Below, piece by piece: positions 1 to 11,856 of a stretch of 64,000 nt of DNA. Both the position numbers and the translations under genes were made by a program. This stretch comes from Carcharhinus longimanus (taxonomy: Eukaryota), in contig JASCQW010000168.1 in the NCBI GenBank assembly GCA_030264375.1, forward strand, positions 12,438,752 through 12,502,751. Reading direction: 5' to 3'. The notes below the pieces were generated by a model. It was not told the DNA's origin. It was given only the letters and a program-made list of their open reading frames with translations, and made no database searches. How positions within the stretch are numbered: position 1 is the first letter of the stretch; each line of letters starts with the position of its first letter.

Positions 1-98
1 ATTGGCTCTCTTCTCTCTCCACAGATGCTGTCAGACCTGCTGAGATTTTCTAGCATTTTCTGTTTTAGGTTCCAGCATCCGCAGTGATTTACTTTAAT
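1..98 (+). mobile_element. Penelope-like element terminal repeat fragment
   Basis: acagatgctgtcagacctgctgagattttctagcattttctg...ccagcatccgcag matches 10620-10680 directly and 9860-9950 in reverse complement; those are the termini of a GIY-YIG-bearing remnant. Confidence 0.65.
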
Positions 99-1125
99 CA
101 AATTTATTGGACATTGATTGTCCATAAAGCTTTTGGAGGCTCAAAATGCTGTTTTATATAGCCAGTAATACTGGAAGATGCCTTTGTGTCACTGACCTTT
201 CTATTGCAACATGTACTTAGTCTTTTGTTGTACTCAATTGTCATGCCACATGACAAAAACAACCACTGTTGTCTTTAGAACACTGTTATGGTGGACATTG
301 ACAGACTGCAGAGAGCCATAACAGACCAGTATATAAAACAAGAAATTTGCTGGAGCATTTTACTATACTGTAGTAGAATTTTGGGATTCTTATCAGTTCA
401 TAAATGGTTTGATGTATGCTTTTACAATTTATGCCACCAAGCTCCTGAGATTAAATTACAGGATTTTAAAACACTCCAATATTGCTGTTAGTTTATCCGT
501 AGTGATCTAATAAAGCTCACATAATGGTATCAATAGATGCATTCAAAAGCGTATTGAATCAATTCCTGATCCAATCGATAGATGGGGGTTTGAGGTAGCA
601 AAAAGCTGCAAAATAGTAAAATTCCGCTCCTAAATTCAGACCGTGGATAATAGAACAAGCTGGATCAACTGTGAACATTTTTCATTAAAGTGTCTCATTT
701 AATTAGTTACAGCACTTGCTTTCTGTTTTGAAAGCTTTCTGTTTTAACATAGTTTTTAATCAGACTAATTAACTTAAAATAATTAACGCTTATTTTTGTT
801 TATCGGAAAATAGTCTAAATGCAAATTGTATAGTGTAAACAAATTCAACATTTTTTTTACACTTTCCTATTGGTCTCCAAAAGCAAACTTAGTCTTTTGT
901 TGTACTCAGTTGTCATATTTTCATGAATTCCAGGTTGAGACAACTTCTTTTTTGTGTCTCTGTTGTAAGCTCTGCTTTTAATAATTTGTAAATCAGCCAT
1001 TGCAACCTGAGAAGTCAAATGATTTTACTTGTCTTAAAGGCTTACCATCCCATAATGAAAAAACGTCCCAGATTTTTCAAGGACCACGCCAAGGGAGTCC
1101 CGAAGCACTGACCTCCCTGGGAATT

Positions 1126-1273
1126 GATGTAGAGATGCCGGCGTGGGACTGGGGTAAACACAGTAAGAAGTCTCACAACACCAGGTTTAATCCAACCAGT
1201 TTATTTGATTGTAATTATTATCAAATAAACTGGTTGGATTTAAACCTGGTGTTGTGAGACTTCTTACTGTGTT
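1126..1273. mobile_element. Short fold-back Penelope-derived element with TSD
   Basis: Starts gatgtagagatgccggcg; ~53 bp inverted arms 1157-1209/1220-1273; TSD ctccctggga(a/t)tt at 1113-1125 and 1274-1286; same family at 16356, 23972, 61012, 61834. Confidence 0.75.
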
Positions 1274-1349
1274 CTCCCTGGGATTTGCCAAGGAAGTCTC
1301 AATTTCCAATGGGCCAATTCCCCTGCTCCTCAGGAACGTGCATGATTGG

Positions 1350-1920
1350 CCAGGGCAAGAGTTCTTAGAGTGTGTTCAAGAAATTTTTCTGCAGCTGTAT
1401 GTTTCCAGTCAAATGAGAAAGGAGACAGTGCTCGACCAGGTGTTTGGGAATGAAGTGGGCCAAGTGGATCAAGTATCACTAAGACAATATTTAGGATAAT
1501 TGTATAATAACATTTAGGATGACTATGGAGAAGGACAAGGAACAAGTAAGAATAAAGGTCTCAGGGAAAACCAACTTCAGTAGAGTAAGAATGGATCTAT
1601 CATGGTGAATTAAAATCAAGGTTGGCAGGCAAAATAGTAACTGAATAATGGGCAGCCTTTAAAGAACAGATAGTTTGGGCATAGTCAAGTATATTCCCTC
1701 AAAGGGAAAAGATACAAAAAACAAATCCAGGACTCCCTGGATCTCAAAAAAGAAAACAATTAAGATGAAGAAGAATAGTACACTTATGATAGATGTCACG
1801 CTGGATAATAAATCAAGGCTGAACTTAGAAGATTCAATGGGGAAGCAAAGAAATAGTATGAAAAGAAACTGGCAGCTAACATCAAAGGAAATAGCAAAGT
1901 CTTCTATAGGGAAAGAGTAT
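1350..1920 (+). mobile_element. CR1 LINE ORF2 remnant (end of APE endonuclease and linker), decayed
   Basis: Translation GQEFLECVQEIFLQLYVSSQMRKETVLDQVFGNEVGQVDQVSL and downstream VKYIPSK..SRTPWI resemble CR1 ORF2; multiple stops and frameshifts. Confidence 0.75.
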
Positions 1921-2284
1921 TGTTAAGGCGCAATACTTCAGAACAAAATGAATGGCCGCTTGGGCAAATGAGGGTGAATTAAGAGAATTGTTGGGATCCA
2001 CCTCAGGTGAGTGTCTCCAAGTTGTTGATCCAGGTGTAATGTCTCAATTTGTCACTGTCTAGCTGGAATACCCCCAAACTATTACAACCTGGGTGAGGAG
2101 GAACAAACTGGCACCATGTCTTTATTTGGCCCCCACTGTTGGTTGCAACAAGGTTGAATCTAAAGAGGATCTCTTTTCGCAGAGAGCCTTTTCCCAGATC
2201 CAATAGTTCTGTTTTAAAATAAGCCAACTTAACCAGGTTTTCTTGATTTAAAAGTAGTGAGTTTATTAATTGCTAGATGCAAGA

Positions 2285-2512
2285 AAAGTTTAAAGTTTTT
2301 TAAAGTTTAAAGTTTATTTATTAGCGTCACATGTAGGTTTACATTAACACTGCAGTGAAGTTACTGTGAAAATCCTCTAATCGCCATACTCCGGTGCCTG
2401 TTCGGGTATACTGAGGGAGAATTTAGCATGGCCAGTGCACCAAACCAGCACGCCTTTCAGACTGTAGGAGGAAACCAGAGCTCCCAAGCCGGGAATTGAA
2501 CCTGGGTCGCTG
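2285..2512 (-). mobile_element. tRNA-derived V-type SINE, Rex1-like tail subfamily, internally deleted
   Basis: Reverse complement of the SINEs at 11562, 14035 and 24161; B-box-like ggttcaattcc and tail tacatgtgacgctaataaataaacttt. Confidence 0.8.
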
Positions 2513-3547
2513 AGTCAGAAGATCCTATATGTATATATATATATGTTTTTAAATATACACATGTTTATTGTGTTTTCTGGTGAATTTGCCTGTTGTTGAT
2601 TGAGATGGCATGTTCAGATTTCTAAAAGTCAAAGGCAAATTGCAAAGCTTTGTGTTTGCAATGATATCTGGGTGTATGTAACTTTTATTTCTTGCGACCT
2701 GCTTTGAAACTTGCTCTGTTCCTCTTATTTTCAATGGACTCCTAAGCAGTGTTCATCTTTTAATTGCACCTTTTCCCAGAAAGGAAAATGGTCCTTTTTT
2801 CTGAGATCACAAATAATCCTTTAGTCCTCTTTTTTGCGTATCTTTTATTAGCTGACCTCACATCTGAAAATTAATACTTATCCACAAAACAAAAAGTGGA
2901 AGAAACTCAGAGGCACTGATACCTGCTGCTTTATTGATTCTAGATTCATGTTATTTGAGCTTGTGAAATTGAACCTATGTTAGTTTGTAGGTTAATGGAT
3001 TTTTCTAGTTGTTCATCTCTCACGTGTCAGGTCCATTCACACCTGGTTCGCAGTGGCCAGCCTGTACTTTAATAGCATTAGTTCTCAAGATCTCACTTAC
3101 TTGATTGTGGTGGTTTATTTATGCTGTACACCCAGTTGTGATAACAATTTCAGTTGCAATTTGTTAAGGTGATAACTAAAATTTGTGTTTTTTATTCCCT
3201 CTGGCATTGCTCACTTGATCATACCCTGTGTAGTCACTCGTAAAAAAGGAATATTTTGTTTCTGTTAACACATTCCCCCAAAATTGTAATTTAATGTATT
3301 CTAGTCAGACTGGCTGCTGCAGGAATTACAATTATTGTCAACAAAATTACCCCTTGGATAAATAATTATTAAAACTATCTGACTGAGTGTTTGGGGGAGG
3401 GGGGGTGTGGGGGCACGTGATGTAAGTGCTGGAACGGCTATATTTTTGTGAGCACTAGCACTACTCATTTTTAATCCTTTTAATTTATGTTGATGCATAA
3501 TCATTTGATCCAGATGTGTATGATCTGTGCTATGTTCTTACATAGTC

Positions 3548-3657
3548 AAGATAGGTATAGAGGGATGTGGGCAAATGGAACTAGCTTTGTGGTGAACAGT
3601 GGACGGTACGGATAAGTTGTTGCAGTGCTGTAAACCTCTGTGAATCAATGACTATGA
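3548..3657 (+). mobile_element. CR1 LINE 3' terminus fragment
   Basis: ggtatagagggatgtgggcaaatg...gctgtaaacctctgtgaatcaatgact resembles the CR1 tail at 57950-58082. Confidence 0.6.
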
Positions 3658-3913
3658 CCCTAAAATATCCTGGTTAAATTTTGGTCAGGAAAACCCTGGT
3701 TTGATTGAGGTAGTTGGAGATGGCCGGGGACTGGGGTCAGTTTGCAGTCGCAGTTTCACATTTGCAGTGAGTGGGCCTACACTTCAGTAACACTATAGAT
3801 ATTGAGATGATGGCTGCCATTGTGAGTGAAGTTGTGGATGACGCTCTCAGCTCTCCAGCACAGACTATTGGTGGTCACATTGATGAACTGCGAGATAGCC
3901 TAAAGATGAAGCA

Positions 3914-4630
3914 GAGTAGCTGACATGCCAAATTTCCTTAGTCTTCTGAGAAAGTAGAGGCATTGGTGGGCTTTCTTAACTATAGTGTCAGCNNNNNNNN
4001 NNNNNNNNNNNNNNNNNNNNNNNNNNNNNNNNNNNNNNNNNNNNNNNNNNNNNNNNNNNNNNNNNNNNNNNNNNNNNNNNNNNNNNNNNNNNCATGCCAA
4101 ATTTCCTTAGTCTTCTGAGAAAGTAGAGGCATTGGTGGGCTTTCTTAACTATAGTGTCAGCATGGGGGAAGCAGGACAGGTTGTTGGTGATCTGGACACC
4201 TAAAAACATGAAGCTCTCAACCCTTTTTACTTTGTCCCTGTTGATGTAGACAGGGGCATGTTGTCTTCCATGCTTCCTGAAGTTGATGACAGTCTCCTTT
4301 GTTTTGTTGACACTGAGGGAGAGATTATTGTCACTGTACCAGTTCACCAGATTCTCTATCTCATTCCTGTATTCTGTCTTGCCATTGTTTGAGATCCGAC
4401 GCACTACGGTGGTGTCATCAGCAAACTTGAAAATCGAGTTGGAGGGGAATTTGGCCACATAGTCATGGATGTATAAGGAGTATAGTAGGGGGCTGAGGAC
4501 ACGGCATTGTGGGGCATCAGTGTTGAGGATGATCATGGAGGAAGTGTTGTTCCCAATCTTTACTGATTGTGGTCTATGGATTAGGAAGTTCAGGATCCAG
4601 TTGCAGGGGGAGGAGCCGAGGCCCAGGCCA
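3914..4630 (-). mobile_element. Rex1/Babar-type LINE reverse transcriptase fragment
   Basis: ORF 3988..4536: [56 protein letters not shown] (RT PQG/FADD motifs, Rex1 signature); second copy at 40324-41356. Confidence 0.85.
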
Positions 4631-5165
4631 CCTGGAGTATTGCACGCAGTTTTGGTTTTCTTACCTAAAAAAGGATATACTTGCTGTCGAGGGAGTACAG
4701 CAAAGGTTCACCAAACTAATTTCTGGAATGACAGGATGTTATATCAGGAGAGATTAGGTTGACTGAGGCTATATTCACTTACTTGAGTTTAGAAGAATGA
4801 GAGGGGATCTAATTAAAAGGTATAAAATTTTGACATGGCCAGACTGACTGGATGCAGGGATGTTTTTTCCTGTAACAGAGGGTAAAGAGCAAGAAGTCCG
4901 AATCTGAGGATACAGGGTAGGCCATTCAAGATTGAGATGAGGAGAAATTTCTTCACTCAGAAGTTGGTGAACTTGTGGAATTCTCTACCACAGAAGACTG
5001 TGGAGCCTAAGTCACTGAATATATTTAAGAATGATTTAGGTTTCTAAACTCTAAAGGTTTTAAGGAATCTGGAGAGAACGTGTGCATATGGTGTTACGAT
5101 AGAATTACAGAGCAGGCTCGAAGAGCCAAATGGCCTATTCACGCTCCTATTTTCTATGTTCCTAT
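4625..5165 (+). mobile_element. CR1 LINE 3' fragment
   Basis: [34 protein letters not shown], then agaagaatgagaggggatct and tail gagcaggctcgaagagccaaatggcctatt...tttctatgttcctat. Confidence 0.85.
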
Positions 5166-5195
5166 TTGCTTTGAAGATAGGAAAATACCATAACG

Positions 5196-5361
5196 ATAGA
5201 ATCGTAGAATCCCTACCATGCAGAAGGAAGCCATTCAGCCCATCGAGCCTGCACTGATAACAATCTCATCCAGGCCCTATTCCCTACATATTTACCCTGC
5301 TAATCCCCTAACACTGGGATCAATTTAGCATGGCCAATCAATCTAACCCACACATCTTTGA
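5196..5361 (-). mobile_element. HE1-like SINE 3' part (CR1-type tail)
   Basis: agaatccctaccatgcagaaggaagccattcagcccatcgag...caatttagcatggccaatc; reverse complement of 59570-59735. Confidence 0.75.
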
Positions 5362-6794
5362 ACATCATGATGTCCAAATAATACAGCATGATGTATTAGT
5401 TTGAATATGTTTTAAGTAAACACAATCTGTTTGAGTGAGACAAAAGAATAAGTCCATCTGCAGGATGGAAAGTGTGAGCAAAGGTGAAGCTGTTGAATGT
5501 AAAGTTATCTAGAACAATAATAAATCTAGTTGGTCTCTCTCTATCATTTGATGCTGCATTATTCAGATCCTCAATTACAAAATAAAATAAAATTGAGTTT
5601 ACCCAGCAAGCAATGGAGAAATCTAGACCAACCAATGCTTAATTAAGTGATGCAAACAGAAATAGCAATTTAGCAACAATAATCCAGATGTCAAAGTAGG
5701 AATAGACAGACTGGAGGAATTTTAAAAGATGATATAATTTCTGTGTTAAAGATTCTAAAGCAATGAGATAATGGGGATTATGACAAATGATTTTGCCCTT
5801 CCAGTATCGTAGAACAGACAACACACCTGTATTTAACCGAGGAGAGGGGGGGTGAGTGGGGGTGGTTGGGGGGGGNNNNNNNNNNNNNNNNNNNNNNNNN
5901 NNNNNNNNNNNNNNNNNNNNNNNNNNNNNNNNNNNNNNNNNNNNNNNNNNNNNNNNNNNNNNNNNNNNNNNNNNNGGGGTAGGAAAAGGGGAGTGGAGGT
6001 GAGGGGTGGTGGAGTGTGGGGGCTTGGGGAAGTGGGGAAGTATTGTAAACTGACTAACTTTAAAAATGGCTGCCAGAAGCTTTAACAAACAGAAGCCGAA
6101 ATTCTTCTCATTTGCAGCTGGATTCTCCACTGCCACTGAGAGTTAATGTGTTTTGGCTGGAATGTAAAGTTTTCTGCTTTCACTCGCAATGGTTCCTGAC
6201 ACAGACAAGACCAGAGAATCTCACCCAGAGAGTGGGACCTCTGCCCATAGTAGAAGAATTGTCACCCTCAAGATCTGACCACCAGTCTGATTAAGCTGCT
6301 TTCATGTTCTAGCAGTGCCTGAACTCGCTGTGGGTGCTGCTAGGACTGTGTCATGGGTACGAGGAAGTATTTTGTTTGAGGAGGGTTCAGGCACTCTGTG
6401 GAAGGTGTGTGAAGAATGATGGAGGTTTTGGAGTCCAGACAGGCAAAGGGTGGTGGAGGTGGTGTGAAGTGCCCCAGATGAACAGATGGCACCCCCAAAA
6501 GAATGTCCCCACATTTTTATTTTAGATGAAAAAACTAGCTTTCTGACTCTTCCCTGCCCCCCACTACCCAGCCTATTATGGCACGGGAGGTGGATGGAGG
6601 TCCCTATATGTCCATTAATTTGGCACTTTAAATACCTCATCAGGCCTAAGGATGAGCACCGTATAGGCACTTTATCTATCCCCTCATATTATGGGTCCAG
6701 GGTCAGGATGGGTGGAATGGCAGTGGGCTAGCCATTCAACCTATTTTATATTGTCCCTTTCTGAAAATAGGGCTGGTTGAAATCATTAAGTGCC

Positions 6795-7165
6795 AACTCC
6801 ATGTGTACATATGGTTTGTAATCATGTGTGCACGCAGGCCTGTTTCTAACCATGTTTATACCTGTTGTGTGTTTGTAACCATGAATGTAAAAGTGTGTTG
6901 TAACCAAGTGCACATATCTTTGAATTTTCCACTGCTGTATCCATGTGTGTACTTGTGAGCATCCATATGTATATTTGTGTTCTAACCCAATACATATATG
7001 TATACAGTTCTAACAGTTGTGAACACAAGTTTTTTAATATGTATGTGTATCTGTAAATGTTTATAAATATGGCAGCATATCAGTATTGTACCCATGTCTA
7101 ACTGTGTGTATTTGTCCCCATGTGTACATGCGTTTGTAACTGAATGAATGAGTATGTGTTTGTGA
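6795..7165. repeat. Degenerate TG-rich minisatellite / low complexity
   Basis: Recurrent tgtgtttgtaaccatg-like units. Confidence 0.55.
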
Positions 7166-9850
7166 ATGAATAATTAAATGAGTGAATAGGTAGAGGGGCT
7201 AGATGGATGGACAGATTAGTTGGTGGTCAATGGAGTCAGGTTGTTGGAGAGGTGATCAGGAAGTGTGGGGTTGGGGTGGGAATGGTGGTGGTGGGAAAGG
7301 TGTGGTGATTGGAGAGGTCTGTTGTGGAATTATCCAGTTGCTAGCCCAGGTTTGAAATTGTCTAACATTTCCTAGATAATAATTGCATATCTGTCCCAAA
7401 TTGGTGGCTCTAGCTAAGAGTTGGAAACATTTGCACAGGGTCCCAGGTAGCAGGAAATTTCTGATCAGAATTTTCAACTCCTCAGAGAATTCCTATGTCT
7501 GTTTGCACATTAGGATTAATGTTATATGAATAGCATTGAAGGCAAACTTTTATTTTTTTTGGAGCATCTGAGAGCAACTGCTGCTTATGGCTTTTCTGTC
7601 TCAATCTGCATCGCTATCTCTCTCCCATTGGGAGCGTACCTGGTCTGAGATGATTTAAATTCAAGGACCAAATCCCTATGCCAATTTCAAATGGTTGGGG
7701 TCAATGCATCTATTTTACTTGTGCTCTTGCTAACTAAATTGATGCAACCAACCTACTGGTATATCCAGCCTATCAATTTTAGCAGTAGAATTACTACCTG
7801 GTGCATGGAAGAAAATGTAAACATAATCTGGTCTATCATTCTTTAAATGTAAGACAGTAAAAAGTTTACTCAAATGACCAATGCTTCAGGTTGTTAATTA
7901 CATCTTCAGTTCTATTTATTTACAAGCTTCATTTTGATGCCATATTCTGGCTGACCTGTACCCTCCCTTTGATAATTTTATTGATATGCTCCTTGTATCT
8001 CTGGTTACAGGTTTCCTGGAGTGATATCAATATACAGGTGGGCTTATAAAGTGAATAACATGAATAGTTGTTTGACCCAAATCTCTTTTCAACAACTAAG
8101 GAAGCTAGGTAGTTACGTGCATGGCACTGCTGCCCGGATATCAGCATGTCAGCATACAAAAGACCATGGAACAGCACCGTGTAAATCGGCAACCAAATAA
8201 TTTATTATTCAATGAGCCCTGAAATAAACTTTCTGCCGAGACCATAGCCATTTTGAACACAATTCTCAAGTGAATTCAGTAACATAAAGCTCTGGTTGTT
8301 TTGCAGTTGGTTAAACAAAATAGAGAAGTATAGTACATCTGCAAAATAACTGACAGTTCAGTCAGTTTATTTTTTGTTTTGAGGGTGCTCTGGTCTAGAA
8401 AGTATCAGAATGCACAAGCAATTTGCGTTTAACCTCGATCATTACAACGGGTAACATCCCCTGATCATATTAATCGTATGTCAAGCCATCAGAATAAGCA
8501 AAAATAATTTGTGGCACAGTTGAGATTAAGAAAAAAAATGTAATAATGGCAACTAACATTCACCCTGCCGGATGGAATTTGATCAAGGCTATGAGGTTGC
8601 TTATAATGAAAGTCATTTCTTGAACACATCAATTCAGTCAATGAAATGTCACCAGTCAGATAGCAAGATATATCAGCCAGAATGCCACTAGAAAGGTCCT
8701 AGATACAGAATGAATTTTTAAGAAGTAACTATTGAGGATCAGTCTATATAGGCTCTAANNNNNNNNNNNNNNNNNNNNNNNNNNNNNNNNNNNNNNNNNN
8801 NNNNNNNNNNNNNNNNNNNNNNCCAGACTTTAGCTTTCCTTGTCATATTAAGGTTTGAGTGTTGTACGCTGGTGGGAGTAGTCGAAAAGCACATTTCAAA
8901 AACATTTTAATCCACTGATATATTTTGGTTTGATACCACATATGTAACTGATCACCTGATATTAATCTGATGCGACTGTTAAAATTCAATCTTTCTCTTA
9001 ACAATTTTAACTTGTGCTTACAGCAGAAAGGCACTTTATATAACACTGGCATTTCCATTGACCTGAAATCTGGTAACTTATACAAAATGTGAATGGGATA
9101 GTGTGCCACAGATCTAACAACTATACTTTTACACAGCCTTCAGCACCATTAAGTTCTCCTATACATTTGGCAAGGTAATAAATGTCATAACATCTGACTG
9201 TGTCACTCAGAGCAAAATTCAGTCAAATTTACTTACAAGATAATTGCAGAAAAGCAGAAAAACCCATGAAAAGAATTAGAAGCCTCGTATATGACTGACT
9301 TCATCAACTGTTTCAAAGGAATGAAAGAGCGCTGAATCTTTCGAAGCTCCTTGTAATGAAATGCTATATGGTAAAGGCCTCCTTTTCTAACATGGCAACA
9401 AGCTATCAAAAAAGAGATCTAAAATCTCTACAGGAAAATCCTGTCAGATCTTACAGAACTTTCTGAGACATCCAAAGCCAGACTTCTCTGACCAAAACAA
9501 AGAAGTTCTTTATTCTTAGTCAAGCAATCCGTATGTTAGTTATTTTGACAAGTTGAGGCTTTTTTGTTCATCCTTTGATTTCAAGGAAGACAGCCAGAAT
9601 AGAGCACCCCAGTTCCTGCAGTAAGTCCCATGGTAATTAATGAGAATGATTTTTATCTGTGAATGAGTAGGTTCTTGATACACTAGGTTGGGATCCTGAT
9701 TTTTTTCAGTTGATGTTTGCTCCGCTGGCATCAGTGATGGGATAGGCCTAATAGTAGGAATTGGAATAGAATTTTTTCCCCCTGCTTCTTATCTTGACCA
9801 AGTTGTTCCCATTTTTGGGTATCTATTTTGCACTGTTTTAGTGTCAATCT

Positions 9851-10680
9851 AAAAGAAAGGCAAAATATTGCAGACGCTGGCATCCAAAACAACAATAGAA
9901 AATACTGGAAAATCTGAGCAGGTTTGGCAGCATCTGGAGGGAGAGAAAACAGTCAACATTTTGAGTTGTTTTTCTCTTCAGAACTAATGTGAGGAAAATA
10001 TGTTGGATTGTATACTGTATAAGACAGAGTGCAGAAGATTAGTGGGAGCTGGGTAAGATTGCAATAAAGATGTAACAAAACCGAATAACAAGTGACAGAT
10101 GGCTTGGTAAGAGAGGAAGAGAGAAGGTTTTTGGAAAAGCTAAAGATGTTTGGGATATCCAAAAAAATAAAGATGGAGGAGAAAGGTCACAGTTTGAAAT
10201 TGTGGAACTTAATGTTGAGTCCTGAGAGTTGTAATGTGCCTAATTAAAAGATGAGGTGTGCTCCTCTGGTTTGTGTTGGCTTCAGTGGAGCTTTGCAGCA
10301 GTTGAAGGACGGACAGGTCAGCATGAACACAAAATGCTGAGGAGAAATAGCAAGCACAGGGAGGTCGGGGTCACACTTGCCAGCTAAGCAAAGGTATTCT
10401 GCAAAGCGATCACCCAGTGACCCACATGCATTACCCCAAGCTTTCTGTTGCATGCCATCTGTTAGTTGTTCTTAAGTCCTGCTACATTTTAGTTGCAATC
10501 TTTCTCAGCTCCCACTAATTGCTGACTTCTACTCCATTCCACCCCCTCTTATATGGTATATAATTCAACACATTTCCCCTCTCATTAGTTCTGAGTATGA
10601 GTCACATGGACTTAAATGTTCCCTACCAATGCTGCTAGACCTGCTGGGTTTTTCCAGCACTCTGTTTTTATTTTTGTTTT
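9851..10680 (-). mobile_element. Penelope-like element remnant: GIY-YIG endonuclease C-terminal part between inverted terminal repeats
   Basis: Minus-strand translation LGDRFAEYL..CDPDLPV..HLIF*LGTLQLSGLNIKFHN at 10200-10420; terminal repeat 9851-10000 is inverted relative to 10575-10680. Confidence 0.8.
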
Positions 10681-10799
10681 AGTTTTTATATTTTTTTGCT
10701 CTCCACTATAAAATTGCTTCCTTGCTATCAGTACTCATTAAAAGATTAGTTTATTCTAATCAGACATTCGTGCCATATGAACCAATCCATATCATCTTC

Positions 10800-10990
10800 A
10801 GAGCAGGATAGTTTTCAGGTATTTATCCCTGAAACATCCCAAAAACAGATTGTTTGTTTTTGGGGCATTTGCTGTGTGCCAATTGGCTGACATTCTTCCC
10901 ACGTTATAAACAGCAAGTATACTTCAAAAGTCCTTCATTTGGGTTATAATGTGCAAGAGGATATCCTGTGGTTGAGAGAAGGAAGCCTAT
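10800..10990 (+). mobile_element. DeuSINE-like (SacSINE1/AmnSINE-type) fragment
   Basis: tatttatccctg...aaaacagatt...ttgctgtgtgccaattggctg...acttcaaaagt; similar to 17650-17970. Confidence 0.55.
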
Positions 10991-11561
10991 TTATTTTTCT
11001 TTTAAGTTCATTGTGTCAACTTACTCAAGTGGGTCAGGTGTTAGTTGCAGTCTCCTGGCTATTAGCTGTGTCATTTACTACCGACATGTGTCTACAAATT
11101 AAATTATTCCTAGAGTAATGCGAAATGGCACTTTTGCTTGTCTTGAACTTGAACAAAACACAGAACCTTCCAAACAAACTGGCACTGATTACTTTTTGAT
11201 CAGGGTGTAGCACCACAAATGACGGCTAGCTATTTACCTCCCCGCAGAACTAAACTATCTCTTGATAAATGTGTCTATTGTTTTTCTTCCCTGACACCAA
11301 GAAGAAAACAGTTCAATCTTGTCAATTTAAAGCATGTTATTCTATCCATTCTGACATCATACAGAATATTCCTGTTGAGGTATGGCAGAGCTTTGCTTCT
11401 TTCACATTGACTTTAATGCTCTGTTGGGATATTTGATAATGGTGTCCATTTTGAAAGCAAAATTGCCAACTGTGCACGGATTCTCCTGGCACAGTGTGTA
11501 CGACGATGACTTGGAGAATCAGGAGTTGGTTGAAAAATGAGTTTTGCACCGGGTGCAAAAC

Positions 11562-11856
11562 TGGTGGCACAGTGGATAGCACTGTTGCCTCACAGCACCA
11601 GGAACCCAGTTGATTCCGGCTTTGATTGTTGAATGTGTGGGGGTCTGCATGTTCACCCCATATCTGCGTGGGTTTCCTCCGGGTGCACTGGTTTCCTCCC
11701 ATGGTCCAAAAGATGTGCAGGTTAGGTGCATTGGCTATGCTAAATTCTCCCTCACTGTACCCGAACAGGCACGGGAGTGTGGCGAGTCGGGAATTTTCAG
11801 TCATTTCATTGTCGTGTTAATGTAAGGCTACTTGTGATAATAATAAATAAACTTTA
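11562..11856 (+). mobile_element. tRNA-derived V-type SINE, full length, Rex1-like tail
   Basis: A-box ggcacagtgg, B-box-like gttgattcc, body gggtttcctccgggtgc, tail ctacttgtgataataataaataaacttt. Confidence 0.85.

Noticed and set aside
1157-1273. Hairpin as a pre-miRNA, terminator or CRISPR-like repeat
   Set aside because: Explained by a dispersed Penelope-derived repeat with TSD; no regular repeat-spacer array, and the DNA is eukaryotic
3924-4161. Exact ~69 bp direct duplication (3924-3992 = 4093-4161) in the Rex1 fragment
   Set aside because: It flanks a ~100-N gap and is most simply an unmerged contig overlap, not a biological tandem repeat
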